A stretch of DNA of 64,000 nt from an uncultured bacterium (lineage in GTDB: Bacteria; Fidelibacterota; Marinisomatia; SCGC-AAA003-L08; JACNLC01), in the NCBI GenBank assembly GCA_964607375.1, contig CAZSJY010000001.1, positions 766-64,765 on the forward strand, given 5' to 3'. Both the position numbers and the translations under genes were made by a program. The notes below the pieces were generated by a model. It had not been told where the DNA came from and did not search any database. It worked only from the letters and a program-made list of their open reading frames with translations. Below, in pieces: positions 1-8,975 of this stretch (positions are counted from its first letter, which is position 1; the number at the start of each line of letters is the position of its first letter).

Positions 1-1
1 A

Positions 2-649
2 ATAAAAATAAACCCTAAATATGACGATAAAGAAATCCGATACGAGGTTACAATACATAAGGTTGAAGAACAGGTATTGCCACCGTTGGATGATGATCTT
101 GCTAAAACTGTTGATAATTCGTTAAAAACACTTGATGATCTTAAAGAAAAGATTAAATCACAAGTTGATACTGAACTCGAAAATGAACACAAAAAACAAG
201 TCCGCCAATTGATATCTGATTATTTTGTAAATAAATCTAACACAGATGTTCCAGATTCTATGAAAGAACATTATCTAAACAGTGTGATTGAAGATGTAAA
301 AAAACAAAATTACAACCAAGAAAAAATCAATGAAGATGAGATTAAAAAGTCTTATGATAAAGTTGCTGATTGGAATATTAAATGGCATCTCATAAGAGAA
401 AAATTGATTTCCAAAGAAAAAATAGAAGTCACAGATGATGATATAAAAACAAAGCTGGATGATCTTGTTAAGAAAAATCCTGACCAAGCTGTTCAAATAA
501 AAAAATTCTATAAAACTGCTGACAACAAGTCTCGTATTAAGGAAGATTTGTTAGACGATAAGCTTTATGAAAAATTAATTACTTTTGCTACAATCAAAAC
601 AAAAACTAAATCTATGGATGATTTGCGAAAGGAAAGCAAAAAATCGTGA
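2..649 (+). CDS. tig: Trigger factor, C-terminal part (5' end outside window)
   Basis: Frame is open from nt 2 ([35 protein letters not shown]...). K/E-rich C-terminal chaperone-arm-like sequence. Conserved tig-clpP-clpX synteny. Confidence 0.8.
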   Translation: MKINPKYDDKEIRYEVTIHKVEEQVLPPLDDDLAKTVDNSLKTLDDLKEKIKSQVDTELENEHKKQVRQLISDYFVNKSNTDVPDSMKEHYLNSVIEDVKKQNYNQEKINEDEIKKSYDKVADWNIKWHLIREKLISKEKIEVTDDDIKTKLDDLVKKNPDQAVQIKKFYKTADNKSRIKEDLLDDKLYEKLITFATIKTKTKSMDDLRKESKKS

Positions 650-665
650 AGGAGAGATTACCAAT

Positions 666-1247
666 ATGTTAGTACCTATGGTTGTGGAACAAACTGGACA
701 CGGTGAAAGAGCTTATGACATTTACTCTAGGCTTCTAAAAGATCGAATAATATTCTTGGGGATGCCAATAGATGACCATGTTGCCAGTTTAACTATTGCT
801 CAACTTTTGTTTTTAGAAGCAGAAGATCCTGAAAAAGATATTTTTATGTATATCAATTCTCCCGGTGGAATTATCACATCAGGTTTTGGTGTAATTGACA
901 CTATGAAATACATTAAACCTAATGTTGCAACAATATGTATGGGGCAAGCAGCAAGTATGGCTGCAATAATTTTAAGTAGCGGAACTAAAGGAAAACGGTC
1001 TGCACTTGCTAATTCAAGGATCATGATTCACCAACCACTTGGTGGCGTAGAAGGACAGGCTACAGACATTGAAATTCATACAAAAGAAATTTTATTTTTG
1101 CGAGATAAATTAAACAAACTCCTTAGTAAGAACACCGGAAAATCAGTTAAAACAATACAAAAAGATACAAACAGAGATAATTTTATGTCAGCTGAAAATG
1201 CTTTAGAATATGGAATTATTGATCAAATTGTTACACGCAAAAAATGA
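666..1247 (+). CDS. clpP: ATP-dependent Clp protease proteolytic subunit
   Basis: [19 protein letters not shown], catalytic Ser context GQAASMAA, His context [10 protein letters not shown] chose the ATG at 666; the 585 start of the track ORF overlaps tig. Confidence 0.95.
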   Translation: MLVPMVVEQTGHGERAYDIYSRLLKDRIIFLGMPIDDHVASLTIAQLLFLEAEDPEKDIFMYINSPGGIITSGFGVIDTMKYIKPNVATICMGQAASMAAIILSSGTKGKRSALANSRIMIHQPLGGVEGQATDIEIHTKEILFLRDKLNKLLSKNTGKSVKTIQKDTNRDNFMSAENALEYGIIDQIVTRKK

Positions 1248-2485
1248 CAAAGAATTCTAACAATTCAGCAACCAAGCACCAATGTTCCTTTTGTGGAAGT
1301 TTCGAAAATGATGTTGAGATGCTAGTCGAAGGTATTGACGGATTTATTTGTGACAGATGCGTTTTTGCTGCTTCTGATATATTAACTCAAGGAGTTCGAC
1401 AAAATAATGATCATTTAAATTTTGAAATACAGAAACCTCATGGCATTAAAAAGGAATTGGATAAATATATTATTGACCAGGAAAGGGCTAAACGTGCTGT
1501 CGCTGTTGCTGTTTACAATCACTACAAGAGAATAAACAATCACAACTCTGAAGAAGATTCTGTAGAATTAGAGAAAAGTAACATTCTTCTCGTAGGTTCA
1601 ACAGGTACTGGCAAAACTCTAATTGCCAGAACGCTTGCTAGATTTCTTAATGTACCGTTTGCAATGGCAGATGCTACAGTTTTAACAGAAGCAGGATATG
1701 TGGGAGAAGATGTTGAAAATATTTTAGTCAGACTTTACCAATCAGCCGAATATGATGTTACCAGAGCAGAGCGTGGAATAATTTATATTGATGAAATTGA
1801 CAAAATTGCTAAACGAGATAATAATGTGTCCATCACTCGTGATGTGTCAGGTGAAGGTGTTCAGCAATCTCTCTTAAAAATATTAGAGGGGACAAAAGCT
1901 AATATCCCACCTAAAGGAGGTAGAAAACATCCTGAACAACCATTAGTTACAATTAACACATCTAATATTTTATTTATTTGTGGTGGTGCATTTACAAACT
2001 TGGAAAATATTATTAAAAAACGCTTGTCTGGGGGTGGAATGGGTTTTGGCAGAGAAACTAAAGAAATACTGAGCGACAATCAAGCATTAGCACATTTACA
2101 GACTGAAGATTTGATTCACTATGGATTTATTCCTGAACTTGTAGGTAGAATTCCTGTGATTACTCATTTAGAAAGTCTGTCAGAAAAAGCACTGCACTCC
2201 ATTTTAACTCAGCCACAAAATGCTTTGATCAAACAATACACAAAATTATTTGAAATGGAAGGCATTAGCATAGAATTTACTCCTAATGCATTAAAAAAAG
2301 TAGTTCAGTTATCTATGGAAAGAAAAACGGGTGCAAGGGCATTAAGGGCTATTTTAGAAAAAGCAATGGTAGATATTATGTTTGAATCTCCATCAATGAA
2401 AAATGTAGATACTTGTGTAATTACCGAAGATGTGATTCAAAAAGGTAAAAAACCTATATATAAAAAAATACGAAAAAGTGCTTAA
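1244..2485 (+). CDS. clpX: ATP-dependent Clp protease ATP-binding subunit ClpX
   Basis: N-terminal Zn finger CSFCG...CDRC, Walker [22 protein letters not shown] overlap with the clpP stop. Confidence 0.95.
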   Translation: MTKNSNNSATKHQCSFCGSFENDVEMLVEGIDGFICDRCVFAASDILTQGVRQNNDHLNFEIQKPHGIKKELDKYIIDQERAKRAVAVAVYNHYKRINNHNSEEDSVELEKSNILLVGSTGTGKTLIARTLARFLNVPFAMADATVLTEAGYVGEDVENILVRLYQSAEYDVTRAERGIIYIDEIDKIAKRDNNVSITRDVSGEGVQQSLLKILEGTKANIPPKGGRKHPEQPLVTINTSNILFICGGAFTNLENIIKKRLSGGGMGFGRETKEILSDNQALAHLQTEDLIHYGFIPELVGRIPVITHLESLSEKALHSILTQPQNALIKQYTKLFEMEGISIEFTPNALKKVVQLSMERKTGARALRAILEKAMVDIMFESPSMKNVDTCVITEDVIQKGKKPIYKKIRKSA

Positions 2486-2504
2486 TTTATAGCACAGTCA
2501 ATAT

Positions 2505-2586
2505 GCCACAATGGTGGAATTGGTAGACACGCTGGTCTTAGGAACCAGTGCTTCGCGGCGTGGGGGTTCGAGCCCCTCTTGTGGCA
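2505..2586 (+). tRNA. tRNA-Leu (anticodon UAG), class II with long variable arm
   Basis: Acceptor stem GCCACAA/TTGTGGC plus discriminator A. Anticodon stem CTGGT/ACCAG with loop cTTAGga. T-arm GGGGGTTCGAGCCCCTC. No encoded CCA. Confidence 0.85.
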
Positions 2587-2622
2587 CAAAGCATAAGGGC
2601 AATAATGCAGAAAGGATAACTT

Positions 2623-2835
2623 ATGGCTGATAAAGAAAAAGGAACCGTTAAGTGGTTCAATGAAAAGAAAGGATTTGGATTTCTAACAAGAGAAGATGGA
2701 ACTGATATTTTTGTCCATTTTTCAGATATTCAATCAGATGGATTTAAATCTCTTCAAGACGGTCAAGCAGTAGAATTTTCCGTTGTTGATGGAGAAAAGG
2801 GGTTACAAGCAAAAGAAGTAGTAATACAAGAATAA
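2623..2835 (+). CDS. csp: Cold-shock protein (CspA family)
   Basis: 70 aa. RNP1 KGFGFL and RNP2-like IFVHFS motifs. [15 protein letters not shown]. Confidence 0.9.
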   Translation: MADKEKGTVKWFNEKKGFGFLTREDGTDIFVHFSDIQSDGFKSLQDGQAVEFSVVDGEKGLQAKEVVIQE

Positions 2836-2865
2836 TTCTAATAATATTATAATCTATCGATACAA

Positions 2866-2895
2866 AAAAGGGGATAACATATGTTATCCCCTTTT
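2866..2895. terminator. Bidirectional rho-independent terminator between csp (+) and the protease gene (-)
   Basis: Perfect hairpin AAAAGGGGATAACAT/ATGTTATCCCCTTTT, flanked by an A-run and a T-run. Confidence 0.8.
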
Positions 2896-2913
2896 CTTTT
2901 CTCCCACTATATC

Positions 2914-5900
2914 CTATTTAAGCAGTAGCAATTTGCTGGTTTCGGATTTATTGTTTACCTCAAGTTTTAGTAAGTAAAAACCAGAAGCTTGGTTTCTTGC
3001 ATCCCAAACAACAGAATGATTTCCGATACTAGTCTGACCACTTAACATTGTTTTTATTAACTGTCCACTGATATTGTAAATACTTAGGTTTATATCGCTT
3101 TCGGCTAATAACTCAAAAACTATGGTTGTGGTTGGGTTGAATGGATTAGGGTAATTTCCTATTAATCTGAAATTATTCGTAATCACCTCATTTCCAATTC
3201 TTAACAATTTTGGTTCAAAATCGTTACCTCGGTTTCCATTCACTTCAAACTTTAGAGACTCTGAAAGTAGATATTCTTTCCCTGAAATTGAGTTAAAATA
3301 TCTGTAATTCAGTTCCTCCTCTGCCTCTCCATATACCATCAAATTGAATGTAAGCTGATTTGTTACAGGGAAGATTGTTGCTTGTACTACTCCCCTACAT
3401 TCGTCTTCCATAAACACTGCAAGCACATCAGTGGCAGAAATATTGTTTACTGTTGCTGTTACTGTCATATTGTGCTCATAAAGATGAGGATTAACAGACC
3501 ACAACAAGTCTGATGATTGGGGTGGTTTATCTTTGAATAATTCAGGTACTCCGTAAACTAATGTTGATTCTGAAATCATGTCTAACATATATCCATCACC
3601 AGGGTACATTAAATCCAATCCATACCATCCAAACCCTTCATAATAAGTTGCAAATCCGGTTTGATTTTTTATCATCTCTGCATTGGCACCAATACTTGCC
3701 AATGCAGAATTTAGATTATTAGCCTGTTGAGGTAGATATCCAATCCAGTTCCAACCACCAACTAGTTCAATATGTGTGTTAAGGTAATCAACAGGTGATC
3801 CTTCAAAATCTAAAGAACCATCTAAAATCATTTGAATCATATACATACTTTTAGTATCAATTAAATCCAATCCATACCATCCAAACCCTTCATAATAAGT
3901 TGCAAATCCGGTTTGATTTTTTATCATCTCTGCATTGGCACCAAGGGTTGCAAGAACTGTATTTAAACTCATATCATCACCACTAACATTAACTGAGAAC
4001 CAATTCCAACCAGTAGAAAATGATAATGAAATTTGTACCGATGATGTAGTAGAAAACTCCATCGGATTCATATCATCACCGATAATATCATTTGCTACAA
4101 AAGCAATACTCTGGTTGATGTTGCCATAAACAATATCTTCAGAATAATCATATATCTTGAAAGTTACAGTTTCTCCTGATGATTGGTTGCTGTAAATCAT
4201 CATATTTACTGTATAACGACCAGTTACAGGGAAATAACTTGGGTTTGCAACCCCCCTGCATTCAGCTCCAACAAATGCTCCAAGTAAATCATTTTCATCA
4301 AAAGACTCTTCGCCTTCAATAAACAATAAACCTGCAAGAGTTAAATTAAACTCATATTGTGGGATATCTACTGACCAACTAGGATAATTTGGATTCAAAA
4401 TTGCGTGCACTTCTATCGGCTCCATATCGTTTCCAATAATATCATTAGCTGTAAAATCAATTGTCTCTACAACATTTGAATAAACAAAATCATCAGAATA
4501 GTCATACGCTTTAAATGTCATAGTTTCACCAGAGCTTAAATTGCTGTAAGCCATTAAGTTGACTGTGTAATGTTCAGTTACAGGGAAATAACTTGGGCTT
4601 GCAATTCCTCTACATTCATCCCCAACAAATGCTCCAAGTAAATCATTTTCATCAAAAGACTCTTCGCCTTGTATAAACAACAATCCAGCGAAAGTTAAAT
4701 TAAACTCATATTGTGGAACATCTACAGACCAATTAGGATAATTTGGAGGTTCTATATTTTCTTCAACAATAAGTGTAACAGAAACAGAAATAATTGATCC
4801 CGTATTGTGATTGATATCTATATTTGAAGAGTATGTTCCTTCGGTTAATCCGTCTGAATCAAAAGTTATAGAAATATTATCTGTTTCCCCGACATTGCAC
4901 GATCCTGAAGCTGGACTAACCGACAACCAATCACTTCCAACTACAGATAAGCTATATGTCAAAGTTGAGCCGGGGTCCCCAGAATTTGTGATCTGCAATG
5001 TTTGCTCAGCAGTTTCATTAGTAGATAACGACTGTAAAAAAGAATTCGGATTAATAGAAATACTTGCAACCGGCAACAATGTTAAACTAAAATAACTATT
5101 ACTGTAATCATAAATAGAGGAATTGCCGGCATCAAGGATCTTAATTCTATAATTGTCTGTTTCACCATATTCAGATGGTATAGACCAAGGATAGCTACCA
5201 TCATTTGTAGTATTACTGGCAATTGTTGCATAATAACTTGTTCCTTGATAAAGTTGTATTGTTACACCACCGCCAATATTAACACTTGTCCAACTGATAT
5301 TGTGTGATGATCCAATTTCCCAACTTTCACCCCCATTCGGAGCAGTAACAGTTATTGAAGGTGGTGCTGATAGTGTGAAATCACTATTGCTGTAATCATA
5401 AGTAGCTGAATTAGCTGTATCTGATATTTTTATTTTGTAATAACTTGATAAGTCATAACTATCAGAAATGGTCCAAGAATAACTTCCATCATTAGGTGTG
5501 CTTGTGGTTATTGTTGCATAAAAACTACTGTTTTTGTATAGTTGGATGTTTACATAACTACCTGTATTATAGCTTGTCCAAGTGATTGGGTGGGTAGCTC
5601 CTACTTCCCAGTCTTCGCCTCCATTTGGATCTGTTATAGTAATAACGGGTTCTACAGCTCCATCATAAGTACCATCTAATGTTGTAGCGCCACTATTAGT
5701 TGGATCTAACCAATCTCTTAGACGATAAGACGAGCTACTTCCATCCCAGCCATATGAAAATTTACCATACAAATCGTAAGTACTCGGATCTTCACAGGGT
5801 AAATCTGGGCCACCTGATAATTGCCCAACAACCCGCCCAGCATTATTAAATACCGGAGACCCTGAAGAACCACCTGCTGTTCCTCCATTGTCCCAAATTA

Positions 5901-6978
5901 CTTTCCAATGTGTGCCATAATTATCCCATCCAGCATTTGTTGCATAATCATTATCAAAGTTGATTTTTTTAGGGTCACCCCCAGGATGATGAACACCGCA
6001 AGATATTTGAGGAGTTGTACCTGAATTGTCCCATCCTGCATAAAACACCCCCCAAGATTCAGGGATATTGTCGTTTATTTTGAGCAAGGCAAAGTCTGGA
6101 CTCATCCCGTAGGATCTTGCCTTTGTGGATGAGCTATAGGCATAAGAGCCATAACTGGCAGCAGTTCCACTACAAGATGTTGTTTCATAGTTAAAATAAA
6201 ACCTAAATGTACTAGGATTTTCTCCATCTACACAATGATCCGCTGTTAGGAAATAAGGTGTAAGATCTTGCGATGTGTTGTTAACCATTGATCCACTACA
6301 AATGTATGCACCCATATCTAACCAAGCAGCCGCATTAACCTGATCTTCGTAAGGGTCTGCATCAGAACAAACAACATTTATACCACAAGCTCTATCCCGA
6401 TCCGAATTACTAAAATTCATAATGTCCCGGTAATCGTGAATAATTTCTGATATAGTAATTGATGCTTTTTTAGATGAATTTGCTGGTTCGTAATATTCAA
6501 GAATGATAGTATCACCTGAAACTAACGGAGTTGCAAAAATTCCATCAGAAGGATTATTTAATTCGGTATAAGCACCAAACACCATCTCATAATTTTTATT
6601 ATAAACAAACAGAGAACTTCCGGTTAGTAAATAAAAGTCTTCATATTCCAATGAAATTGCATAAGCTCCTTCGCTTATAATTGTTAATCTCCATAGCTTG
6701 TCACCATTTTTTAGTGTTTCCCAAGTTCCACTATTGTTCATCGAATAATCAGCAAGGAACTTGTTTCCGTATCGAAACGGTGTTCCCATTGGCCGTTCTT
6801 CATCTTCAGTAAGCAACTTTTCGTGATCTATTGTTGGCATCATTACCGATTGAATATCCTCACGAACTTCAAACTTCGAACTATATGGTTTACCTCCTTG
6901 GTTTGTTTGACCAAACCCGATGGAGCTTATCACAAAGAACAATATTAGTGTCATTATTAATCTTGGTTCAGTTTTCAT
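2914..6978 (-). CDS. Secreted multidomain trypsin-fold (S1, lysyl-endopeptidase-like) serine protease with T9SS type-A C-terminal sorting domain
   Basis: Signal peptide. Catalytic triad contexts LTADHCV, DFALLKIN, GGSSGSPVF. Two ~95-aa Ig-like repeats (ITVTAPNGGESWEIGSSHNISWTS...). One Ig/BACON-like module. Three copies of a ~118-aa module (PNYPxWSV...DECRG...FPVT). Two copies of a GWNW...GANAEMIKNQTGFATYYEGFGWYGLDL module. C-terminal NYPNPFNPTTTIVFEL...GFYLLKL. Confidence 0.8.
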   Translation of the reverse strand: MKTEPRLIMTLILFFVISSIGFGQTNQGGKPYSSKFEVREDIQSVMMPTIDHEKLLTEDEERPMGTPFRYGNKFLADYSMNNSGTWETLKNGDKLWRLTIISEGAYAISLEYEDFYLLTGSSLFVYNKNYEMVFGAYTELNNPSDGIFATPLVSGDTIILEYYEPANSSKKASITISEIIHDYRDIMNFSNSDRDRACGINVVCSDADPYEDQVNAAAWLDMGAYICSGSMVNNTSQDLTPYFLTADHCVDGENPSTFRFYFNYETTSCSGTAASYGSYAYSSSTKARSYGMSPDFALLKINDNIPESWGVFYAGWDNSGTTPQISCGVHHPGGDPKKINFDNDYATNAGWDNYGTHWKVIWDNGGTAGGSSGSPVFNNAGRVVGQLSGGPDLPCEDPSTYDLYGKFSYGWDGSSSSYRLRDWLDPTNSGATTLDGTYDGAVEPVITITDPNGGEDWEVGATHPITWTSYNTGSYVNIQLYKNSSFYATITTSTPNDGSYSWTISDSYDLSSYYKIKISDTANSATYDYSNSDFTLSAPPSITVTAPNGGESWEIGSSHNISWTSVNIGGGVTIQLYQGTSYYATIASNTTNDGSYPWSIPSEYGETDNYRIKILDAGNSSIYDYSNSYFSLTLLPVASISINPNSFLQSLSTNETAEQTLQITNSGDPGSTLTYSLSVVGSDWLSVSPASGSCNVGETDNISITFDSDGLTEGTYSSNIDINHNTGSIISVSVTLIVEENIEPPNYPNWSVDVPQYEFNLTFAGLLFIQGEESFDENDLLGAFVGDECRGIASPSYFPVTEHYTVNLMAYSNLSSGETMTFKAYDYSDDFVYSNVVETIDFTANDIIGNDMEPIEVHAILNPNYPSWSVDIPQYEFNLTLAGLLFIEGEESFDENDLLGAFVGAECRGVANPSYFPVTGRYTVNMMIYSNQSSGETVTFKIYDYSEDIVYGNINQSIAFVANDIIGDDMNPMEFSTTSSVQISLSFSTGWNWFSVNVSGDDMSLNTVLATLGANAEMIKNQTGFATYYEGFGWYGLDLIDTKSMYMIQMILDGSLDFEGSPVDYLNTHIELVGGWNWIGYLPQQANNLNSALASIGANAEMIKNQTGFATYYEGFGWYGLDLMYPGDGYMLDMISESTLVYGVPELFKDKPPQSSDLLWSVNPHLYEHNMTVTATVNNISATDVLAVFMEDECRGVVQATIFPVTNQLTFNLMVYGEAEEELNYRYFNSISGKEYLLSESLKFEVNGNRGNDFEPKLLRIGNEVITNNFRLIGNYPNPFNPTTTIVFELLAESDINLSIYNISGQLIKTMLSGQTSIGNHSVVWDARNQASGFYLLKLEVNNKSETSKLLLLK
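3608..3944. repeat. Intragenic perfect 85-bp direct repeat (copies 3608-3692 and 3860-3944, period 252 bp)
   Basis: Identical string attaaatccaatccataccatccaaaccc...ctgcattggcaccaa read at both positions. It encodes the duplicated GANAEMIKNQTGFATYYEGFGWYGLDL segment. Confidence 0.9.
4268..4670. repeat. Intragenic duplication, period 354 bp, with a perfect 49-bp core (4268-4316 and 4622-4670)
   Basis: ccaacaaatgctccaagtaaatcattttcatcaaaagactcttcgcctt is identical in both copies. Flanks are similar but imperfect over roughly 130 bp or more. Confidence 0.85.
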
Positions 6979-7163
6979 TATTTACCTTCTCTTTCTTTTT
7001 CAATTAAAATTTATGGTTCTAAATTACCTATACTAATTCTATAACTTTGTAACATAAATCACAAGTATTGAAATATATTGTTACAATTGGAAGTATTTCT
7101 GTTATTTCCTTTGAATAAACAACAAGTTCATTATTTGTTACTTCATAAAATATTTGTTGTCAT

Positions 7164-7183
7164 TTAAGATATTAATATCTTAA
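7164..7183. promoter_or_regulatory. 20-bp perfect palindrome, candidate operator upstream of the Rrf2 gene
   Basis: TTAAGATATTAATATCTTAA equals its own reverse complement. It lies 88 bp upstream of the Rrf2 start in a 292-bp divergent non-coding region. Confidence 0.35.
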
Positions 7184-7270
7184 TTTAGCATTCAGTAATT
7201 GATTGTAACTTGGTGATTATATTACCATTTCACTATGTAATTTTATAAACTAAAATCAAAAAGGACTTTT

Positions 7271-7714
7271 ATGATATATTCAAAATCTGCCGAATATGCA
7301 ATTCAAGCGATGATTTATCTTGCAGAACACCATGCCGAACCTAAAACTATGGTTAGTAAAATATCAGCTGAATACGACATCCCTGTGCATTTTTTATCAA
7401 AATTAGTACAGACCCTTGCCAAACATCATCTTATTAAGTCTTTCAGAGGAAGAAATGGTGGTATTAGATTAAATAAACCTGCTCGGGATGTTCGTGTGAT
7501 AGATATTGTATATGCAATTGATGGTCCTCCCCCAGAAACTGAGATGTGTGTTATTGGGTTGGATGAATGTACAGATAATGTTGCGTGCCCTCTTCATAAT
7601 AACTGGAAAATTATTAAAGAAAATATCAGAGTATTACTTGGACACGAAAACCTTGAACACCTTGCAGAAGAAATCATAAAAAAACGCGAAGAACTTCGCG
7701 CAGAGAGCCTTTAA
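7271..7714 (+). CDS. Rrf2-family transcriptional regulator (IscR/NsrR-like, three-Cys cluster motif)
   Basis: N-terminal wHTH signature SKSAEYAIQAMIYLA. Cys motif C-x7-C-x5-C (MCVIGLDECTDNVAC). Confidence 0.85.
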   Translation: MIYSKSAEYAIQAMIYLAEHHAEPKTMVSKISAEYDIPVHFLSKLVQTLAKHHLIKSFRGRNGGIRLNKPARDVRVIDIVYAIDGPPPETEMCVIGLDECTDNVACPLHNNWKIIKENIRVLLGHENLEHLAEEIIKKREELRAESL

Positions 7715-7736
7715 ATTGTTTAAGTAAATACTTAAT

Positions 7737-8336
7737 ATGAGCAACATCCACGCAAAAAAGCATAATACAGAACCTAATTACGATTGTGATATCTGTAGTA
7801 ACTATTTGAATCAACTTCCTGATGAACACATTATCCATATTTTCTATAGTGAACACGAAATTATATTGCAATATTTGTCTGATCTAAACCAAGTACGACA
7901 GAAAATTGATAGACTTAATACACCACTTGATCATCCCGAATTATTTGTACAATTAATAACACTTGCTGAACAATTATTGGAGGTTGATAAACACCACCTT
8001 CGAGAAGAAACAATATTATTCCCTGAACTTAAAAAAAGAAATATCAACCAATATCATCATGTGTTGCAGTCGGAACATTTCTTTCTAAAAGATTATAAAA
8101 AGAGTTTTCTTGCATTTGTAAAAAACCTCGAAGCATCTGATTTTATATCGTATAAAACTCAAATGAACTATATGGCTAATGGAATTATCGGTTTGCTTAG
8201 GGAGCATATTTACAAAGAAAATCAATTTGTCTTTCCTATGGCATTAGAAGTTATCAAAACAAAAGGTGAATGGAAGGCACTTAAAGAAAAAAGCGATATT
8301 ATAGGATATTCATTCTATATTCCTAATGTTACTTGA
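7737..8336 (+). CDS. Hemerythrin-like (HHE cation-binding) domain protein
   Basis: DKHHLREETILFPELKK and LLREHIYKENQFVFPMAL motifs. Resembles the central domain of the DUF438 protein at 39306. Confidence 0.6.
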   Translation: MSNIHAKKHNTEPNYDCDICSNYLNQLPDEHIIHIFYSEHEIILQYLSDLNQVRQKIDRLNTPLDHPELFVQLITLAEQLLEVDKHHLREETILFPELKKRNINQYHHVLQSEHFFLKDYKKSFLAFVKNLEASDFISYKTQMNYMANGIIGLLREHIYKENQFVFPMALEVIKTKGEWKALKEKSDIIGYSFYIPNVT

Positions 8337-8359
8337 TTATAACAATTCTTTTTTGCTTG

Positions 8360-8965
8360 ATGAATGATCCATTTAAACTAAAAAATCAAGAAATCACGAA
8401 TTCTGCTGTTATTGAAGCATTCGAAAAAACTTCTAGAAAATTGTTTATCCCAAAACAGTTACAGAAATTTGCTGAGGTTGATGAGCCACTCCCAATCGGC
8501 AAGGGACAAACCATAAGTCAGCCCAGTTTGGTTGCTTTTATGACTCAGCTTTTAGATGTGGGTAAACACCACGCCGTTCTCGAGATTGGTACAGGTTCGG
8601 GATTTCAGACCGCTATTTTGTCTCGCTTAGCAAAAGAAATCGTTTCGGTTGAAATAATACCAACTCTTTTAAAGGGTGCAAAAAGGCTTTTATCCAAATT
8701 GGGTTACAAAAATATTTCTTATTATCTGGCAGATGATTTAAACTATCAATCTTTGAAATTTGATAGGATTATGGTTACGGCGGCATCCAAAGAAATCCCA
8801 AAGAAGTTAATTGGGCAGCTAAATACTCCCGGAAAAATGGTGGTTCCTGTTGGAGAAGAGCATCAAATTCAAACTCTAATGTTAATTGAAAAAGATGAAG
8901 GCGGAAAAATCAAAGAACACTCATCTATTCCAGTTAGGTTTGTTCCTCTGAAATCTGTTGAATAA
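8360..8965 (+). CDS. pcm: Protein-L-isoaspartate O-methyltransferase
   Basis: GQTISQPSLVAFM and SAM-binding VLEIGTGSGFQTA. The track ORF starts at TTG 8333; I prefer ATG 8360 but the start is uncertain. Confidence 0.85.
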   Translation: MNDPFKLKNQEITNSAVIEAFEKTSRKLFIPKQLQKFAEVDEPLPIGKGQTISQPSLVAFMTQLLDVGKHHAVLEIGTGSGFQTAILSRLAKEIVSVEIIPTLLKGAKRLLSKLGYKNISYYLADDLNYQSLKFDRIMVTAASKEIPKKLIGQLNTPGKMVVPVGEEHQIQTLMLIEKDEGGKIKEHSSIPVRFVPLKSVE

Positions 8966-8975
8966 AATTATTTGT

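Noticed and set aside
585-665. N-terminal extension of clpP in the track ORF (start at 585).
   Set aside because: It overlaps the end of tig by 65 nt and encodes non-ClpP sequence. ATG 666 gives a canonical ClpP N-terminus.
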